Part shown: positions 49,335 through 62,785 of the stretch, piece by piece
Layout of the letters: each line of letters opens with the position of its first letter
How positions within the stretch are numbered: the first letter of the stretch is position 1
Assembly (NCBI RefSeq): GCF_963921235.1
Contig: NC_086108.1
Coordinates: 73,348,001-73,412,000, forward strand
Reading direction: 5' to 3'
Origin: Mobula hypostoma
Taxonomy: Eukaryota
DNA length: 64,000 nt
Notes under the pieces: generated by a model
The model's input: the letters and a program-made list of their open reading frames with translations, nothing else
Told to the model about the DNA's origin: nothing
Database searches by the model: none
Made by a program: the position numbers and the translations under genes

Positions 49335-52300
49335 ACTGCTAGAGCTGCTGGGAGTGGTTTAAGCTAACACAGCACAGAAATGGGAACCAGTATGATAGAG
49401 CTGAGGATGAGCTGGCAGGTGATGTAATATGTAATATGAATGTAAGGAAGGGCAAGCCAATGATTGGGTACAACTGCAGACAGAGCGAAGAGTTAATTTC
49501 TACCAGAGAGGTAAAATTCATAAGTTCAAATTATACAGGTGTGAAGGTGTTGTATTTAAATACACGTAGCATTCAGAATAAGGTGGACAAACTCGTGGCG
49601 CAATTAGAGATTGGTCGGTATGACATTGTGGGCATCGCTGAGTCGTGGCTGAAAGAAGGTCATAGTTGGGAGTGTAACATCAAAGGATAAACATTTCAAA
49701 AGGTCAGGCAGGAAGGTATAGGTGATGGTGTGGCTCTGTTGGTAAGATATGGAATTACTTCTTTAGAAAGAGGTGACATAAAGTCAGAGAATGTTGAATC
49801 TTTGTGGGTGGAGTTAAGAAATTGCAAGGGTAAAAAAAAACGATTATACATAGGCCTCCAAGAAGTAGCCAAACGTGGGGTCGAGATTGCAAAGGGAGCT
49901 GGAAAGGGCATGGAATAAGGGTAATGTCACAAGTGTAATGGGGGACTACAATATGCAAGGGGATTGGGAAAATCAGGTTGGTGATGGATCACAAGAGAGG
50001 GAATTTGTTGAATGTCTATGAGATGGTTTTTTAGAGCACCTTGTGCTCAAGCCTACTAGGGGAAAAGGATGTTTTAGATTAGGTGTTGTGTAATAACCCA
50101 GATTTTATTAGTCAGTTTAACATAAAGGAACCCTTAGGAGACTGTGATCATAATATAATTGAATTCATACTGCAATTCGAGAGGGAGAAGCATAACTCAC
50201 ATGTATCAGGGTTGCAATGGAATAAAGGGAATTACAGAGGCATGAGAAAGGAGCTTGCCGAGGTGGATTGGAGGAGGAATCTGGCAGGGATAACGGCAGA
50301 ACAGAGATAGCTGAAGTTTCTGGGAATAGTTCGCAAGACGCAGGAGTTGTTCAAATAATAGCAGGGGTAGACCATCATGGCTGACAAGGGGAGTTAAGGA
50401 CTGCATCAAAGCCAAGGAAAGGACATATGTGGTAGCAAAAGTGTGTGGCAAATTGGATGACTGGGAAGCTTTTAAAATGCAACAAAAGGCAACTGAAGAA
50501 GCTACAAGAAGGGAAAAAGGATGAAATATGAGGGCAAACTAGCTGATAATATAAAGCAGGACACTAGAAGGTTTTTCAGTTATATAAAGAATAAAAGGGA
50601 AGTGCGAGTTGATATTGGACCACTGGAAAACGTCGCTGTGAGGTAGTAATGGGGGACAAAAAAATGGCAGATGAACCTAATCAACACTTTGTTTCAGTTT
50701 TCACTGTGGAAGCCAGTAACAGTATGCCAGAGGTGCATGAGTGTCAGGGAGCTGGAGTGAGCGCCGCTGTTATTACTAAGGAAAAAGTGCCAGGCAAACT
50801 CAAAGGTCTTAGGGTGGATAAGTCACCTGGGCCAGATGGACGACAATGCAGAATCCTGAAAGAGGTTGCTGAAGAGATAATGGATGTATTGGTCATGATC
50901 TTTCAAAAATCACAATTCTGGCATGGTCCCAGAGGAATGGAAAACTGCAAATGTCACTCCACTCTTTAAGGAGGAAGGAAGACAAATGAGAGGAAATTAT
51001 AGGCCAGTTAGCCTAACCTCAGTGGTTGGGAAAGTGTTGGAGTCCATTATTAAGGATGAAGCTTTGGGGTACTTGGAGATTAATGATAAAATAAGTCAAA
51101 ATCAGCATGATTTCTGTCAAGGGAAACCTTGCCTGACAAATCTGTTAGAATTCTTCAAGGAAGTAAGAAGCAGGGTGGACAAAGGAGTGGCAGTGGGCGT
51201 CATTTACTTAGATTTTCAGTAGACATTTGATAAGGTGCCTTGCATGAGGCTGCTTAACAAGATAAAATCCTGAGGTGTTACAGGAAATATACTGGCCCGG
51301 ATAGAGGAATGGCTTACAGGCAGGAGGGAGCTAAAGGAAATAAAGGGGGCCTTATTTGGTTGGCAGCCAGTGACTACTGGTGTTCCTCAGTGGCCAGTAT
51401 TGAGACTGCTACTTTTCACATTGTTTGTCAATGATTTACATTTGTAGATAGCGGAATTGATGGTTTTGTGGCAAAGTTTGCGGATGATACGAAGATAGGT
51501 GGAGCGCTAAGTAGTACTGAGGAAGTAAAGCAAGTGCAGCAGGACTTAGACAAATTGGAGGAATGGGGCAAAAAAGTGACAGATAGAATATAAAGTCAGG
51601 AAATGTATGATAATGCATTTTGATAAAAGGAATAATAGTGCGGACTATTATCCAAGTGGGGAAAAAAATCAAATATCAGAGGTGTAAAGGGATTTAGGAG
51701 TCCTTGTGCAAGCTTCCCTGAAGGTTAATTTACAGGTTGAACCTGTGGTAAAGAAGGCAAATGCAATGTCACCATTTATTTCAACGGGAATAGAATATAA
51801 AATCATGCTGAAGGAAATAATGCTGAAGCTTTATATGACACTTGTCAGGCCACACTTGTGGTATTGTCAACCGTTTTGAGCCCCTTATCTCAGAAAAGAT
51901 ATATTGTCATTGGAGAGAGTCCAGTGGAGGTTCATGAGGATGATTCCTGAAATGAAGGGGTTAATATATGAGGGCATGTGGCAGATTTGGGCCTGTACTC
52001 ACTGGAATTTAGACGAATGCATGGGGATCTCATTGAAACGTACCAAATGTTGAAAGGACAAGGATAAGCTGGATGTGCACAGGATATTTCCTCTGGTGGG
52101 TGTATCCAAAACTAGAGGGTACAGCATCAAGATTGAGGGGTTAACTTATAGAACAGAGGTAAGTAGGAATCTGTTTTAGGCAGTGAATGGTGAATCTGTG
52201 GAATGCTCTGCCAGACTGCGGTAGAGGACAAGTCCATGGGTATATTGAAAGTGGAAGTTGATAGATTCCTGATTGGTCAGGCCATCGAGGGAAATGGTAA

Positions 52301-52411
52301 GAGGGCAGATGTATGGGGTTGAATGGGATCCAAGATCAGCCATGATGAAATGGCAGAGCAGACTTGATGAGCGGAATGGCCTAATTCTGTTCCTATGTCT
52401 TATAGTCTTAG
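49335..52411 (+). mobile_element. Degraded CR1 from the ORF1 end through all of ORF2
   Basis: YLNTRSIQNK, IAESWL, GDCDHN, KSPGPDG, NYRPVSLTSVVGK, KFADD; tail TCTTATAGTCTTA. Confidence 0.92.
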
Positions 52412-52563
52412 ACTGCATACTTAGAAGAAAAGTAAAATAAAATATAATCTCACAATTTGTAATTTTAAACCTGATGCACACATCTTGTTAATCTGCAATA
52501 AGATCCCCTTATATTTTCCCCCTCAAATTTTCTCTAATTTGAATTCAGAAACAATAAATAAAC

Positions 52564-54724
52564 ACAAACACAAGGAAATCTGCAGATGCTGGAAATTCAA
52601 GCAACACACTCAAAATGTTGGTGGCACATAGCAGGCCAGGCAGCATCTCTAGGAAGAGGTACAGTTGACACTTCGGGCCGAGACCCTTCATCAGGACTAA
52701 CTGAAAGAAGAGATAGTAAGAGATTTGAAAGTGGGAGAGGGAGGGGGAGATCTGAAATGATAGGAGAAGACAGGAGGGGGAGGGATGGAACGAAGAGCTG
52801 GTAATTTGATTGGCAAAAGGGATACAAGGCTGGAGAAGGGGAGGATCATGGGACGGGAGGCCTAGGGAGAAAGAAAGGGGGAGGGGAGCACCAGAGGAAG
52901 ATATAGTGAGAGGGACAGAGGGAGAAAAAAGAGAGAGTAAGAAAGGGGGAGAAAATAATAAATAAATAAATAAATAAATAAATAAGGGATGGGGTAAGGA
53001 GGGGAGGAGGGGCATTAACGTAATTTAGAGAAGTCAATGTTCATGCCATCAGTTTGGAAGCTACCCAGATGGAATATAAGGTCTTATTCCTCCAACCTGA
53101 GTGTGGCTCCATCTTGACAGTAGAGGAGGCCATGGGTGGACATATCAGAATGGGAATGGGACATGGAATTAGAATCTGTGGGCACTGGGAGACCCTGCAT
53201 TCTCTGGTGGACAGGGCGTAGGTGTTCAGCGAAACGGTCTCCCAATCTGCGTCGGGTCTCTCCAATATATAGAAGGCCGCACCGGGAGCACTAGACGCAG
53301 TGTATCACATCAGCCAACTCACAGGTTAAGTGTCGCCTCACCTGGAAGGACTGTCTGGGGCCCTGAATGGTGGTGAGGGAAGAAGTGTAAGGGCATGTGT
53401 AGCACTTGTTCTAATTACAAGGATAAGTGCCAGGAGGGAGATCGGCAGTAAGGGATGAGGGGGACAAATGGACAAGGGAGTCGCGTAGGGAGCGATCCCT
53501 GTGGAAAGCAGAGGGGGGAAGGGAAAGATGTGCTTAGTGGTGGGTTCCCGTTGGAGGTGGTGGAAGTTACGTTGGACCAGGAGGCCGGTGGGGTGGTAGG
53601 TGAGGACAAGGGGAACCCTACCCCTAGTGGGGTGGCGGGAGGATGGGGTGAGAGCAGATGTGTGTGAAATGGGAGGGATGCGTTTGAGAGCAGAGTTGAT
53701 GGTGGAGGAAGAGAAGCCCCTTTCTTTAAAAAAGGAAGACATCTCCTTCGTCCTTGAATGAAAAGCCTCATCCTGAGAGCAGATGTGGCAGAAATGGAGG
53801 AATTGCAAGAAGGGGATGGCATTTTTGTAAGAGATAGGGTGGGAAGAGGAATAGCCCAGGTAGCTGTGAGAGTCCGTAGGCTTATAGTAGACATCAGTAG
53901 ATAAGCTGTGTCCAGAGATAGACAGAAAGATCAAGAAAGGGGAGGGAGGTGTCGGAAATGGACCAGGTAAATTTGAGGGCAGGGTGAAAGTTGGAGGCAA
54001 AGTTGATGAAGTCAATGAGCTCAGCATGCATGCAGGAAGCAGCGCCAATGCAGTCGTCAATGTAGCGAAGGAAAAGTGGGGGACGGATACCAGCGTAGGC
54101 TTGGAACATGGATTAGCCCATGGCTATACCTTTAGTTTGGAGAAAGTGGGAGGAGCCAAAGTAGAAATTATCAAGAGTAAAGACTAATTCTGCTAGACAG
54201 AGGAGAGTGGTGGTAGAGGGAAACTGGTTAGGTCTTGAATCCAAAAAGAAGCGGAGAGCTTTGAGACCTGCCTGGTGACCTCCAACCTGATGGCATGAAC
54301 ATTGACTTCTCTAACTTCCGTTAATGCCCCTCCTCCCCTTCTTACTCCATCCCTTATTTATTTATTTATTATTTTTTTCTCCCCCTGTCTTTCTCTCTCT
54401 TTTTTCTCCCTCTGTCCCTCTCACTATATCTTCCTCTGGTGCTCCCCTCCCCCTTTCTCCCTAGGCCTCCCATCCCATGATCCTCTCCCTTCTCCAGCCT
54501 TGTATCCCTTTTGCCAATCAACTGTCCAGCTCTTAGCTCCATCCCTCCCCCTCCTGCCTTCTCCTATCATTTCGGATCTCCCCCTCCCCCTCCCACTTTC
54601 AAAACTCCTACTATCTCTTCTTTCAGTTAGTCCTGACGAAGGGTCTCGGCCCGAAACATTGACTGTACCTCTTCCTATAGATGCTGCCTGGCCTGCTGCG
54701 TTCCACCAGCATTTTGCTTGTGTT
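52564..54724 (-). mobile_element. 5'-truncated Penelope-like element (RT + GIY-YIG) with inverted pLTR
   Basis: LRYIDD, HPALKFT, LPFLD, YYKPTDSHSYL, CGLLYIGETRRRLGDRFAEH; ~450-bp inverted repeat 52603-53060 / 54279-54724; candidate TSD ACAAT(A/G)AATAAAC at 52551-52563 and 54725-54737. Confidence 0.92.
54629..54664 (+). ncRNA. Hammerhead ribozyme motif in the pLTR
   Basis: AGUC CUGACGA A GGGU-CUCG-GCCC GAAA C AUU GACU; the inverted partner at 52663-52698 has GAAA>GAAG. Confidence 0.65.
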
Positions 54725-55351
54725 ACAATGAATAAACCCTGTTTATTCATTTCCAGGCCAAACCCATTTATTGCTCACCTCTAATTTCCTTTAGCCACTT
54801 TCTTGAATCAGTGTGGTCCACTGTTAGTGTGCAGGGCTCTCCAGAATTCTGATCCAACAATTTTAAAGCTAGTGTGTACCATTTACTCTTAGTGGATTGT
54901 CATGTCCCAAGGTATTTCACAGGAATTTGAACAAATAAAAATTTAACAATTTTATTTAAAGTGATGTCAAAACAGGAAACAAAAGATATAATAAATACAT
55001 TGAGTGTTGAAATTACCTCATTTGATCCATGTATATCATAGACTTTCCAGCCATCCTGGTGCATATCCTTTTAAAGTTTGCAAGATATTTTACTGAACAA
55101 ATTCTGTAAATCCACATAAGATCATAAGCCAAAGGAGCAGAATTGGGCTATTTGCCCCATCAAGTCTTCTCCAACATTCAATCATGGCTGATTTATTTTC
55201 CCTCTCAACCCCATTCTTCTGCCGTCTCTCAGTACCTTTAACACCTTCACTAAACAAGAAACTGTCAACCTCCACTTTAAAGATACCCAATGGCTTGGCT
55301 TTCATAGCATTCTGTGGTAATGAATCCCACAGAGTCACCACACTGTGGCTA

Positions 55352-55894
55352 AGCATTGTAGAAAGCATTCTTCTAGTGTGCATCACAACCTGGTATGGAA
55401 GTTGTCCTGTCCAAGACCGGAAGAAGCTGCAGAAGATCATGGACACAGCCCAGCACATCACACAAACCAATCTTCTGTCCTTGAACTCACTTTACACCGC
55501 ACGCTGTTGGAGCAGTGCTGCCAGAATAATCAAAGACACGACCCACCCAGCCAACACACTTTTTGTCCCCCTTCCCTCTGGGAGAAGGCTCAGGAGCTTG
55601 AAGACTCGTACGGCCAGATTTGGGAACAGCTTCTTTCCAACTGTGATAAGAATGCTGAACTGATCCTGACCCAGATCTGTTCCGTACCCTCCAAATATCC
55701 GGACCTGCTGCTCGGTTTTTTTGCACTACCTTACTTTCCATTTTCTATTTATGATTTATAATTTAAATTTTTAATATTTACTATTGATTTGTACTCCAGG
55801 GAGCGCAAAGCACAGAATCAAATATCGCTGTGATGATTGTATGCTCTATTATCAATTGTTTAGCAACAATGAAGTATGAAGTAAAGTAAAGTAA
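55352..55894 (+). mobile_element. Rex/Babar LINE 3' part nested in CR1
   Basis: IVESILLVCITTWYGSC, LPSGRRLRSLKTRTARFGNSFFP; (AAGTA)n tail. Confidence 0.85.
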
Positions 55895-56628
55895 AGAAAT
55901 TCCTCTTCACCTCTTTTCTATGGGGATGTCCTTCTATTCTGAGACTGTTCCCACTGGTTCTAGACGATTCCACTATTGAAAGCATCCTCTCCACGTTCTC
56001 TCTAAAGGCCTTTCAATATTCATAAGACCATAAGATTTAGGAGCAGGAGGCCATTCGGCCCATTGAGTCTGCTCTGTTGTTCAATCACGGGCTGATCAAT
56101 AGGTTTCAGTGAGATTTGCCCCCACCTCATTCTTCTAAACTCCAACCAGTAAAGGCCCAGAACCATCAAACTATCTTCATATGTTAACCCTTTCATTCCA
56201 TGGATCATTATTGAAACCTCCTCTGTATCCTCTCCAATGCCATCACATCCTTTCTTAGATATAGGCACAAAACTGCTTTCAATACTACAAATGTGGTCTG
56301 ACTAATGCCTTATAAAGCCTCAGCATTACATGTTTGCTTTCATGTTCTAGTTCTCTCGAAATGAATGCTAACATTACATTTGCCTTCCTTACTACTGACT
56401 CAATCTGAAAGTTAGACTTTAGGGAATCTTGCACTAAGACTCCAAAATCCCTTTGCACCTCTGGTTTATGAATTTTCTCTTTGTTTAGAAAATATTCTAC
56501 ACCTTTATTCTTTTTACCAAAGTGCATAACCATATATTTCCTTACATTGTATTTCATTTGCCACTTCTTTGGCCATTCCTCTAACCTGACCAAGTCCTGC
56601 CATGGAATCCCTGCTTCCTCAATACTAC

Positions 56629-58541
56629 TGTGATGGCTATTCATTTTCCAGGGCCCAAGAAGCTATTGTTTACCTCAGCTTTCTAGCACATAACTTCTCC
56701 AAAGAGTCAGATATTGTTTCAAATAAGGACAGGTCTTCAATTCTTAATGTAAGTGGAAAGCAGCTATCAGTCTGAAGTTAAAAAGACAGTTCTGCAAACG
56801 AACAGCACTGTCTATAGTGCACAGGCTGCTGGCCCACAGAAGGGGGCTGGCTGCTCAAGGCACATGGTTTGCAAAGTGAATTAACCACAAAATGCTCTCC
56901 TTTGCTTCAGCCAAACGTAAGACAATGGGCTTTTGTTAATTGGCCTGCATCAAACCAGAAAACACTGACTAAGTTATTTGCACCAATGTGACTAAGGTTC
57001 AAGGAAGCTTGCAGACCAAGCTGATTTTGTCAACTGCCATATCATCATTGTCACAGGTATAGCTGATCAATCAGTAGTTGGGATATTTGTGTACTCCGAG
57101 AGTTAGCCCCCACAGCATTAATTGTAGGGATCTGGGATTTTTGTCCCCAGAGGTTTTTTGTGTGATTGATTTACTTTGTTCCAGAAAAGGTATCTGAAAA
57201 ACATCACGTGCAGATAATGTCAACTAGTAGCAAAACAGCATAAATGTTTGAAAGCATTGGAGATTATTAGGAAGTACAATGAGCATGAAGAAAGACAGGG
57301 CGAGAGAAAGAAGAACTAGAATTCAACACTCAACCTTAGGTTTCTATGATGGATGACTCATTCATCTGCAACTCATAGTTACGTTCTTTTAGTTCATAAG
57401 AATTGAACCTGTGTTCAGAAATCCTTTGTATAAATTCAGATCTCAGAAGTCTTTTATATCTCATAAGTCTCTGTGAGTGTTAAATTTATGTTAAGAACTA
57501 CACTGGACAACATTTTTTTTAAGTGTTGCTTCCTCAGTATTTTTGGTTTATAATAGACCGCTTGAAGCTGACCACAAATATAATTTCAGACTACTTGTAT
57601 CAGGTAGGAATTTGGACAAACAAAAAACTAACTTCTATTGAATATAATGCTTTTAATTGCATAACGATACTGAGGCTTTGCAATAGTTCAACTAAGCTAT
57701 AAATACTTTGTTGATGATTTTCATTTGTACTCATTGTCTGAGGCTTCTCGCTTAAGTGTCCATCAATAATCTGCCAGCACTGATGGATTCCAGTTGCCCT
57801 GATACTATTTCTCCATGACTGCAATGTCCTGGTAAAACCTTTTTCCATGCTCGTCACTGACAGCACCAAGATTTGCAGGGAAGAATTTTAAACAGGAATG
57901 CAGAAAATGAATCTTTAGTGACATGTTGCACATCATGGTTTTATATGCTTAAGAAAATTTTGCCAAGAAAATTTTCAACACATTCTTGAATGGCTGCCAT
58001 GTGATTTTCTCCAGTCCCAGTAGATGATATTCGAATTGCCTGTCATTGATGACCCATTTGATTTGCAGACTAACAAAAGTACCTTCCTAGATCATGGCAT
58101 CCCTTATTCTGATGTGAATTATGAATTGAAATAACAAATATAGGCAATTTCAAAAAGATGGTCTGTGATAGGGAAATTTCATAGTGATTTTCATGATCAA
58201 CAACCCAAAACCCATAAGATACACACAAAAGTATTCCAAAAGCGAGATCTTTGTTGTCCAGTGTTGTTTGTCTATATTTACACATGTATCTGTAAAATAA
58301 ACTGCGTTAAACTACTTTGTTAACTGGAAGTGTCTCCTGCTTGGTAGGGGACCCTCCACTCAAGAAGCAGGTATTGATGTTAGACCTAGACAGGGAATTA
58401 AACTAGTCTTTAAAGAATAGGTTGGCCCATTACAACATACTGTACGTATAGTGGAGGTACCCATACTACCTCTATTGGGTAGGGCTTAATCTGTCCTTTT
58501 GAGTTTAGGGCTTTGTGGACAGAGAACCCCATACCATCACA
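56629..58541 (+). mobile_element. Solo LTR (~1.15 kb excluding the nested transposon) inserted in CR1
   Basis: Termini TGTGATGG / CCATCACA (8-bp inverted); 4-bp TSD CTAC/CTAA; AATAAA at ~58295; CR1 resumes after it. Confidence 0.8.
57501..58263 (-). mobile_element. Internally deleted Chapaev3-like (CMC) DNA transposon
   Basis: Perfect 12-bp TIR CACTGGACAACA / TGTTGTCCAGTG; minus strand CNMSLKIHFLHSCLKFFPANLGAVSDEHGKRFYQDIAVMEK*YQGNWNPSVLADY*WTLKR (~57745-57930). Confidence 0.85.
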
Positions 58542-60206
58542 CTAACTGCTCTTCCACCTGTCTTTGTATCATCCACAAACTTGGCCACAAGGCCATCAAT
58601 TCCATCATCCAGAACATTAACATATAATGTGAAAAGTAGCTGACCCAACATTAATGCCTGCAGAATGGCACTAATGCCACTAGTCACTGGCAGCCAATCA
58701 GAAAAGGCCCCTTTACTCCACTCTTCACGTCTGCCAGACAGCCAATCTTCTGTCCATGTTAGTATCTCTCCTGTAATACCATGGGCTCCTATCTTGTTAA
58801 GAAGCTTCATGTGTAGCACCAAGTCAAAAGCCTTCTAAAAATCAAAGTAAACAACATCTACTGACTCTCCACTGTCTATCCTGTCTGTTATTTCCTCAAA
58901 GGATTCCAATAGATCTGTCAGGAAAGATTTCCTCTTAAGGAAACCATGCTGATGTTAGCCTATTTTATAATAATGGACTCTAATATCTTGAGAACCACAG
59001 AAGTCTGGCTAACTGGCCTATAATTTCCTGCCTTTTACCTCCCTTCCTTCTTAAAGAATGGAGTGATATTTGCATTTTTGAGTCCATAACCATTGCAGAA
59101 TCTAGTGATTCTTGAAAGATCATGATTAATGCCTTCACAAACTCTAGTTTATTCTTTCAGAACCTTGGCGTGAAGTCCATCTGGTCCAGGTGACTTATCT
59201 ACCTTCAGACCTTTCAGATTCCCAAGCACCTTCTCCTTAATAATAGTGACTTCATTCACTTCTGTCCCCCTGGTACTCTTGAATTTCTGACAAACTGCTG
59301 GTGTCTGTCACAATGAAGAAAGACAAAAAAAAATATTTATTCAGCTTTTCTGCTGTTCTTTGTTCCCCATTACTACCTCTCTGGCATCATTTTCCAGTGA
59401 TCCAATATCCACTCCTTCCCCTCTTAATATATCTGAAAATACTTTTGGTATCCTATTTTATATTATTAGTTTCCTTACCTTCATATTCCACCTTTTCTCT
59501 TCTTACATTTTTTATGTTGCCTCCTGTTGGTTTTTAAAAGCTTCTCAATCCTCTAGTTCTCTATTACATTCATTTTATCTTTCCATTTGACCACATCTTC
59601 AAAACTCTATTAAATTTGTCAAATATTAATTCCCTTTATCTGTATACTCTGATTAAAGCATGCAGTTCAACATAACTAGTTTGATCATGAATTATTAATT
59701 ATGTAGATGATATATTATGTACATAACTAATATTAAACTAATTTATCTACTGTTAGATCTTCCCAACATTCCTGAAAAAAGTGCTGTATTGATTAATCTT
59801 CTATCTCATGTAAATCTTCCCTGAAACATTGGCTGTAAAATTCAAGCGCACCATGACCCTTGTTTGGGTAAAGTAAGTGGCAATTTGGGCCTCGTCTGTT
59901 TTGAGAGCCGTGAAAATCCAAAGAAAAACACCAGCTGCCGTGAATCTGAAATGAAAACAGAAAATGATTGGGATACTCAGCATGTGAGCAGAAAGAAACG
60001 GGGTCAATAACCCTTCATCAGAACCTTCATTCATAGCATTGACATAAAATGGTAACGTTGTTTTTCTTTTTGCAAACTAGCTGAAACATCTTAGCATCTT
60101 CAGGACTCCAGTGTTTTAATCATTTTGAAGACAATTTTCTAGGAGAGGAGGAACCAACAAGGTTTTGGAAAAGAATTCCAGAGCTTGAGTAGGTTACAAT
60201 AATACG

Positions 60207-60233
60207 TATATATATATATATATATATATATAT
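60207..60233. repeat. (TA)n microsatellite
   Basis: Directly visible. Confidence 0.9.
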
Positions 60234-61014
60234 GGTAAAACTCTATATAGATATAAAACTATAATCCTATAGATATAGAGTGCAGATCATTCTGACTAGT
60301 TACACAACAGCCTAGTGTAGAGACTCTAATGTACAGGATCTCTATAGGCTGCAGAGAATTGTAGGCGCCGCCTGCTTTGTCACAGGCACAAGCCTTCTCT
60401 CCATCACGGACTTCTTCCAGAGTTAGTGACTCAAGAAACTGGCATCCATCATTAACGACACCCACTCTATAACATGCCCCCTTCTTGTTACTACCATACA
60501 GGAGCCTGGAGATCCACACTTGATTGTTCAGGAACAGTTTCTTCCCCTCCATTAACAGATGTTAAACATCCCACAAGCCCAGGAATACTAACTCCCTACT
60601 CCTTTGTATCTACAGAACCAGAGTGTGAGTATGTATTACCCATCCCCAGGGACCACCCAAGAAGAGTGTACTGCCCAAGAGTCTTATGGTCTTATAGTCT
60701 TCAAAGTCCTTGAGAGTGAGTTCATAGGTTGTCAGAACAGTTTAGTGATGGGGCGAGTGAAGTTGAATGAAATTATCCTCACTGGTTCAAGAGCTTAATG
60801 GGTGAGGGGTAACAACTGTTCCTGAGCCTGTTGATGTGGCTCCTGAAGCTCCTCTATCTTGTCCCTGATGCTAGCAGCATGAAGAGAGCATGACCTGGAT
60901 GGTGGTGGTCCTTGAAGATGGATGCTGTTTTCCTGTGATAGCTCTACGTGCAGATGTGGTTAATGCTGGACAGGAACATATCAATGTCTTTTTTAGGACT
61001 TTCCAGTAAAATTG

Positions 61015-62785
61015 TTTCCCCTCCCCTTTTTGCCTTCTTCTGTTCCCCACTCTGGCCTCTTTGCTCTCCTCACATGCCTATCGCCTCCCCCTGGTGCCCC
61101 TCCTCCTTCAGTTTCTCCCATGGTCCACTCTCCTCTCCTATCTGATTCCTTCTTCTCCAGCCCTTTACCTTTCCACCGACCTGGCTCCAGCTATCACCTT
61201 AGACCTTAAGACCATTAGACACAGGAGCAGAATTAGGCCATTCAGCCCACCAAGTCAGCTCCGCCATTCCTTCATGGCTGATCCCAGATCCCACTCAAAA
61301 CAATACACCTGCCATCTCGCCGTATGCTTTGATCCTGACAGAATAGGAAACAATTTACTTCTGCCTTAATTATACCCACAGACTTGGCCTCCACTACAGT
61401 CTGTGGCAGAATATTCCACAGATTTACTACTCTCTAGCTAAAAAAAAATCCTCCTTTCCTCTGTTCTAAAGGGTTATTCCCTTAGTTTTGAGCCTGTGCC
61501 CTCTAGTTCTGGTTACCTCCATCAGAGGAAATATCCTCTTCACATCCACCTTATCTAGTCCTTTCAACATTCAGTAGGTTTCAATGAGAGCCCCACACAT
61601 TTTCCTAAATTCCAGTGAGTACAGGCCTAAAGCTGCCAAATGCGCCTCATATGTTAAACCCTTCATTTCTGGAATTATCTTCGTGAACCTCCTCTGGACC
61701 CTTTCCAATGGCAATACATCTTTTCTAAGATATGGGGCCCAAAACTGTTGACAATACTCCAAGTGTGGCCTGACTAGTGTCTTACAAAGCCTCAACATTA
61801 TCTCCTTGCTGTTATATTCTACTCCCTTTGAAATAAATGCCAACATTGCATTTGCCTTCTTCACCACAGACTCAACATGTAAATTAACCTTCTAGGAGTC
61901 TTGCACAAGGACTCTTAAGTACCTCTGCACCTCTGATGTTTGAAACTTCTCCCCATTTAGGTCCACACTTTTACCAAAATGCATTGTCATATATTTCCCA
62001 ACACTATTCCATTTGCCACTTTTTTGCCCATTCTTCCAATTTGTCTCAGTCCTGCTGCAATTACATTGCTTTTGCTCAGCACTACCTACCCCTCCACCTA
62101 TCTTCATATCATCTACAAACTTTGCCACAAAGTCATCTATTCCACTAGCTTAATCATTGACAAACAATGTGAAAAGTAGCAGACCCAATTCTGACCCCTA
62201 AGTAACACCACTAGTCACTGGCAGCCAACCAGAAAAGGCCCCTTTTATTCCCACTCACTGCCTCCTGCCTGTCAGCCATCCCTCTATCCAGGCTAATATC
62301 TTTCCTGTAACACCACAGGATTTTATCTTGTTAAGCTGCCTCACGTGTGGCACCTTATCAAACACCTTCTGAAAATCCAAATAAATGACATCTACTGCCT
62401 CTTCTTTGTCCACCTTGCTTGTTACTTCCTCAAAGAACTCTAACAGATTTGTCAGGCAAGATTTCCCTTTACAGAAACCATGCTGACTTTGATTTATTTT
62501 ATCATTAGTCTCCAAGTACCTCGAAAAGTTATCTTTAATAATAGACTCCAACACTTTCCCATTCACTGAAGTAGGGCTAACTGGCCTGTAATTTCCTTTA
62601 TTTCTCCTTCTCTGTCCTAGCTGGTCCTTTATCTTCTAGCTGGTCTCCCTTCCCCTCTCCCCATTTTTTCTATTTTGGCGCCTTCCCCCTTCTTTTCCAG
62701 TCCTGATGAAGGGTCTCAGCCTAAAGCATCGACTGTTTATTCATTTCCATAGAAGCTGAATTCCTCCAGCACTTTGTGTGTCTTA
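61015..62785 (+). mobile_element. Penelope pLTR remnant split by a CR1
   Basis: Pyrimidine-rich pLTR 61015-61200 resumes at ~62610-62785, with a degenerate hammerhead at 62699-62734. Confidence 0.7.
61201..62610 (-). mobile_element. 5'-truncated CR1
   Basis: SQHGFCKGKSCLTNLLEFF, YLDFQKVFDKVPH, KFVDD, LVRPHLEYC; tail at 61201-61220. Confidence 0.9.

Larger units (their letters stand above)
55120..59560 (-). mobile_element. CR1 hosting several nested insertions
   Basis: 3' tail at ~55120; pieces 55120-55350, 55895-56628 and 58542-59560 are collinear (VTLWDSLPQ, LVRPHL, VAKFVDDTK). Confidence 0.88.

Noticed and set aside
52603..54724. DNA transposon with long TIRs
   Set aside because: Interior encodes Penelope RT/GIY-YIG; the inverted arms are pLTRs
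54302..54784. Pro/Leu/Ser-rich ORFs (also 52545-53015)
   Set aside because: Translations of the pyrimidine-rich pLTR
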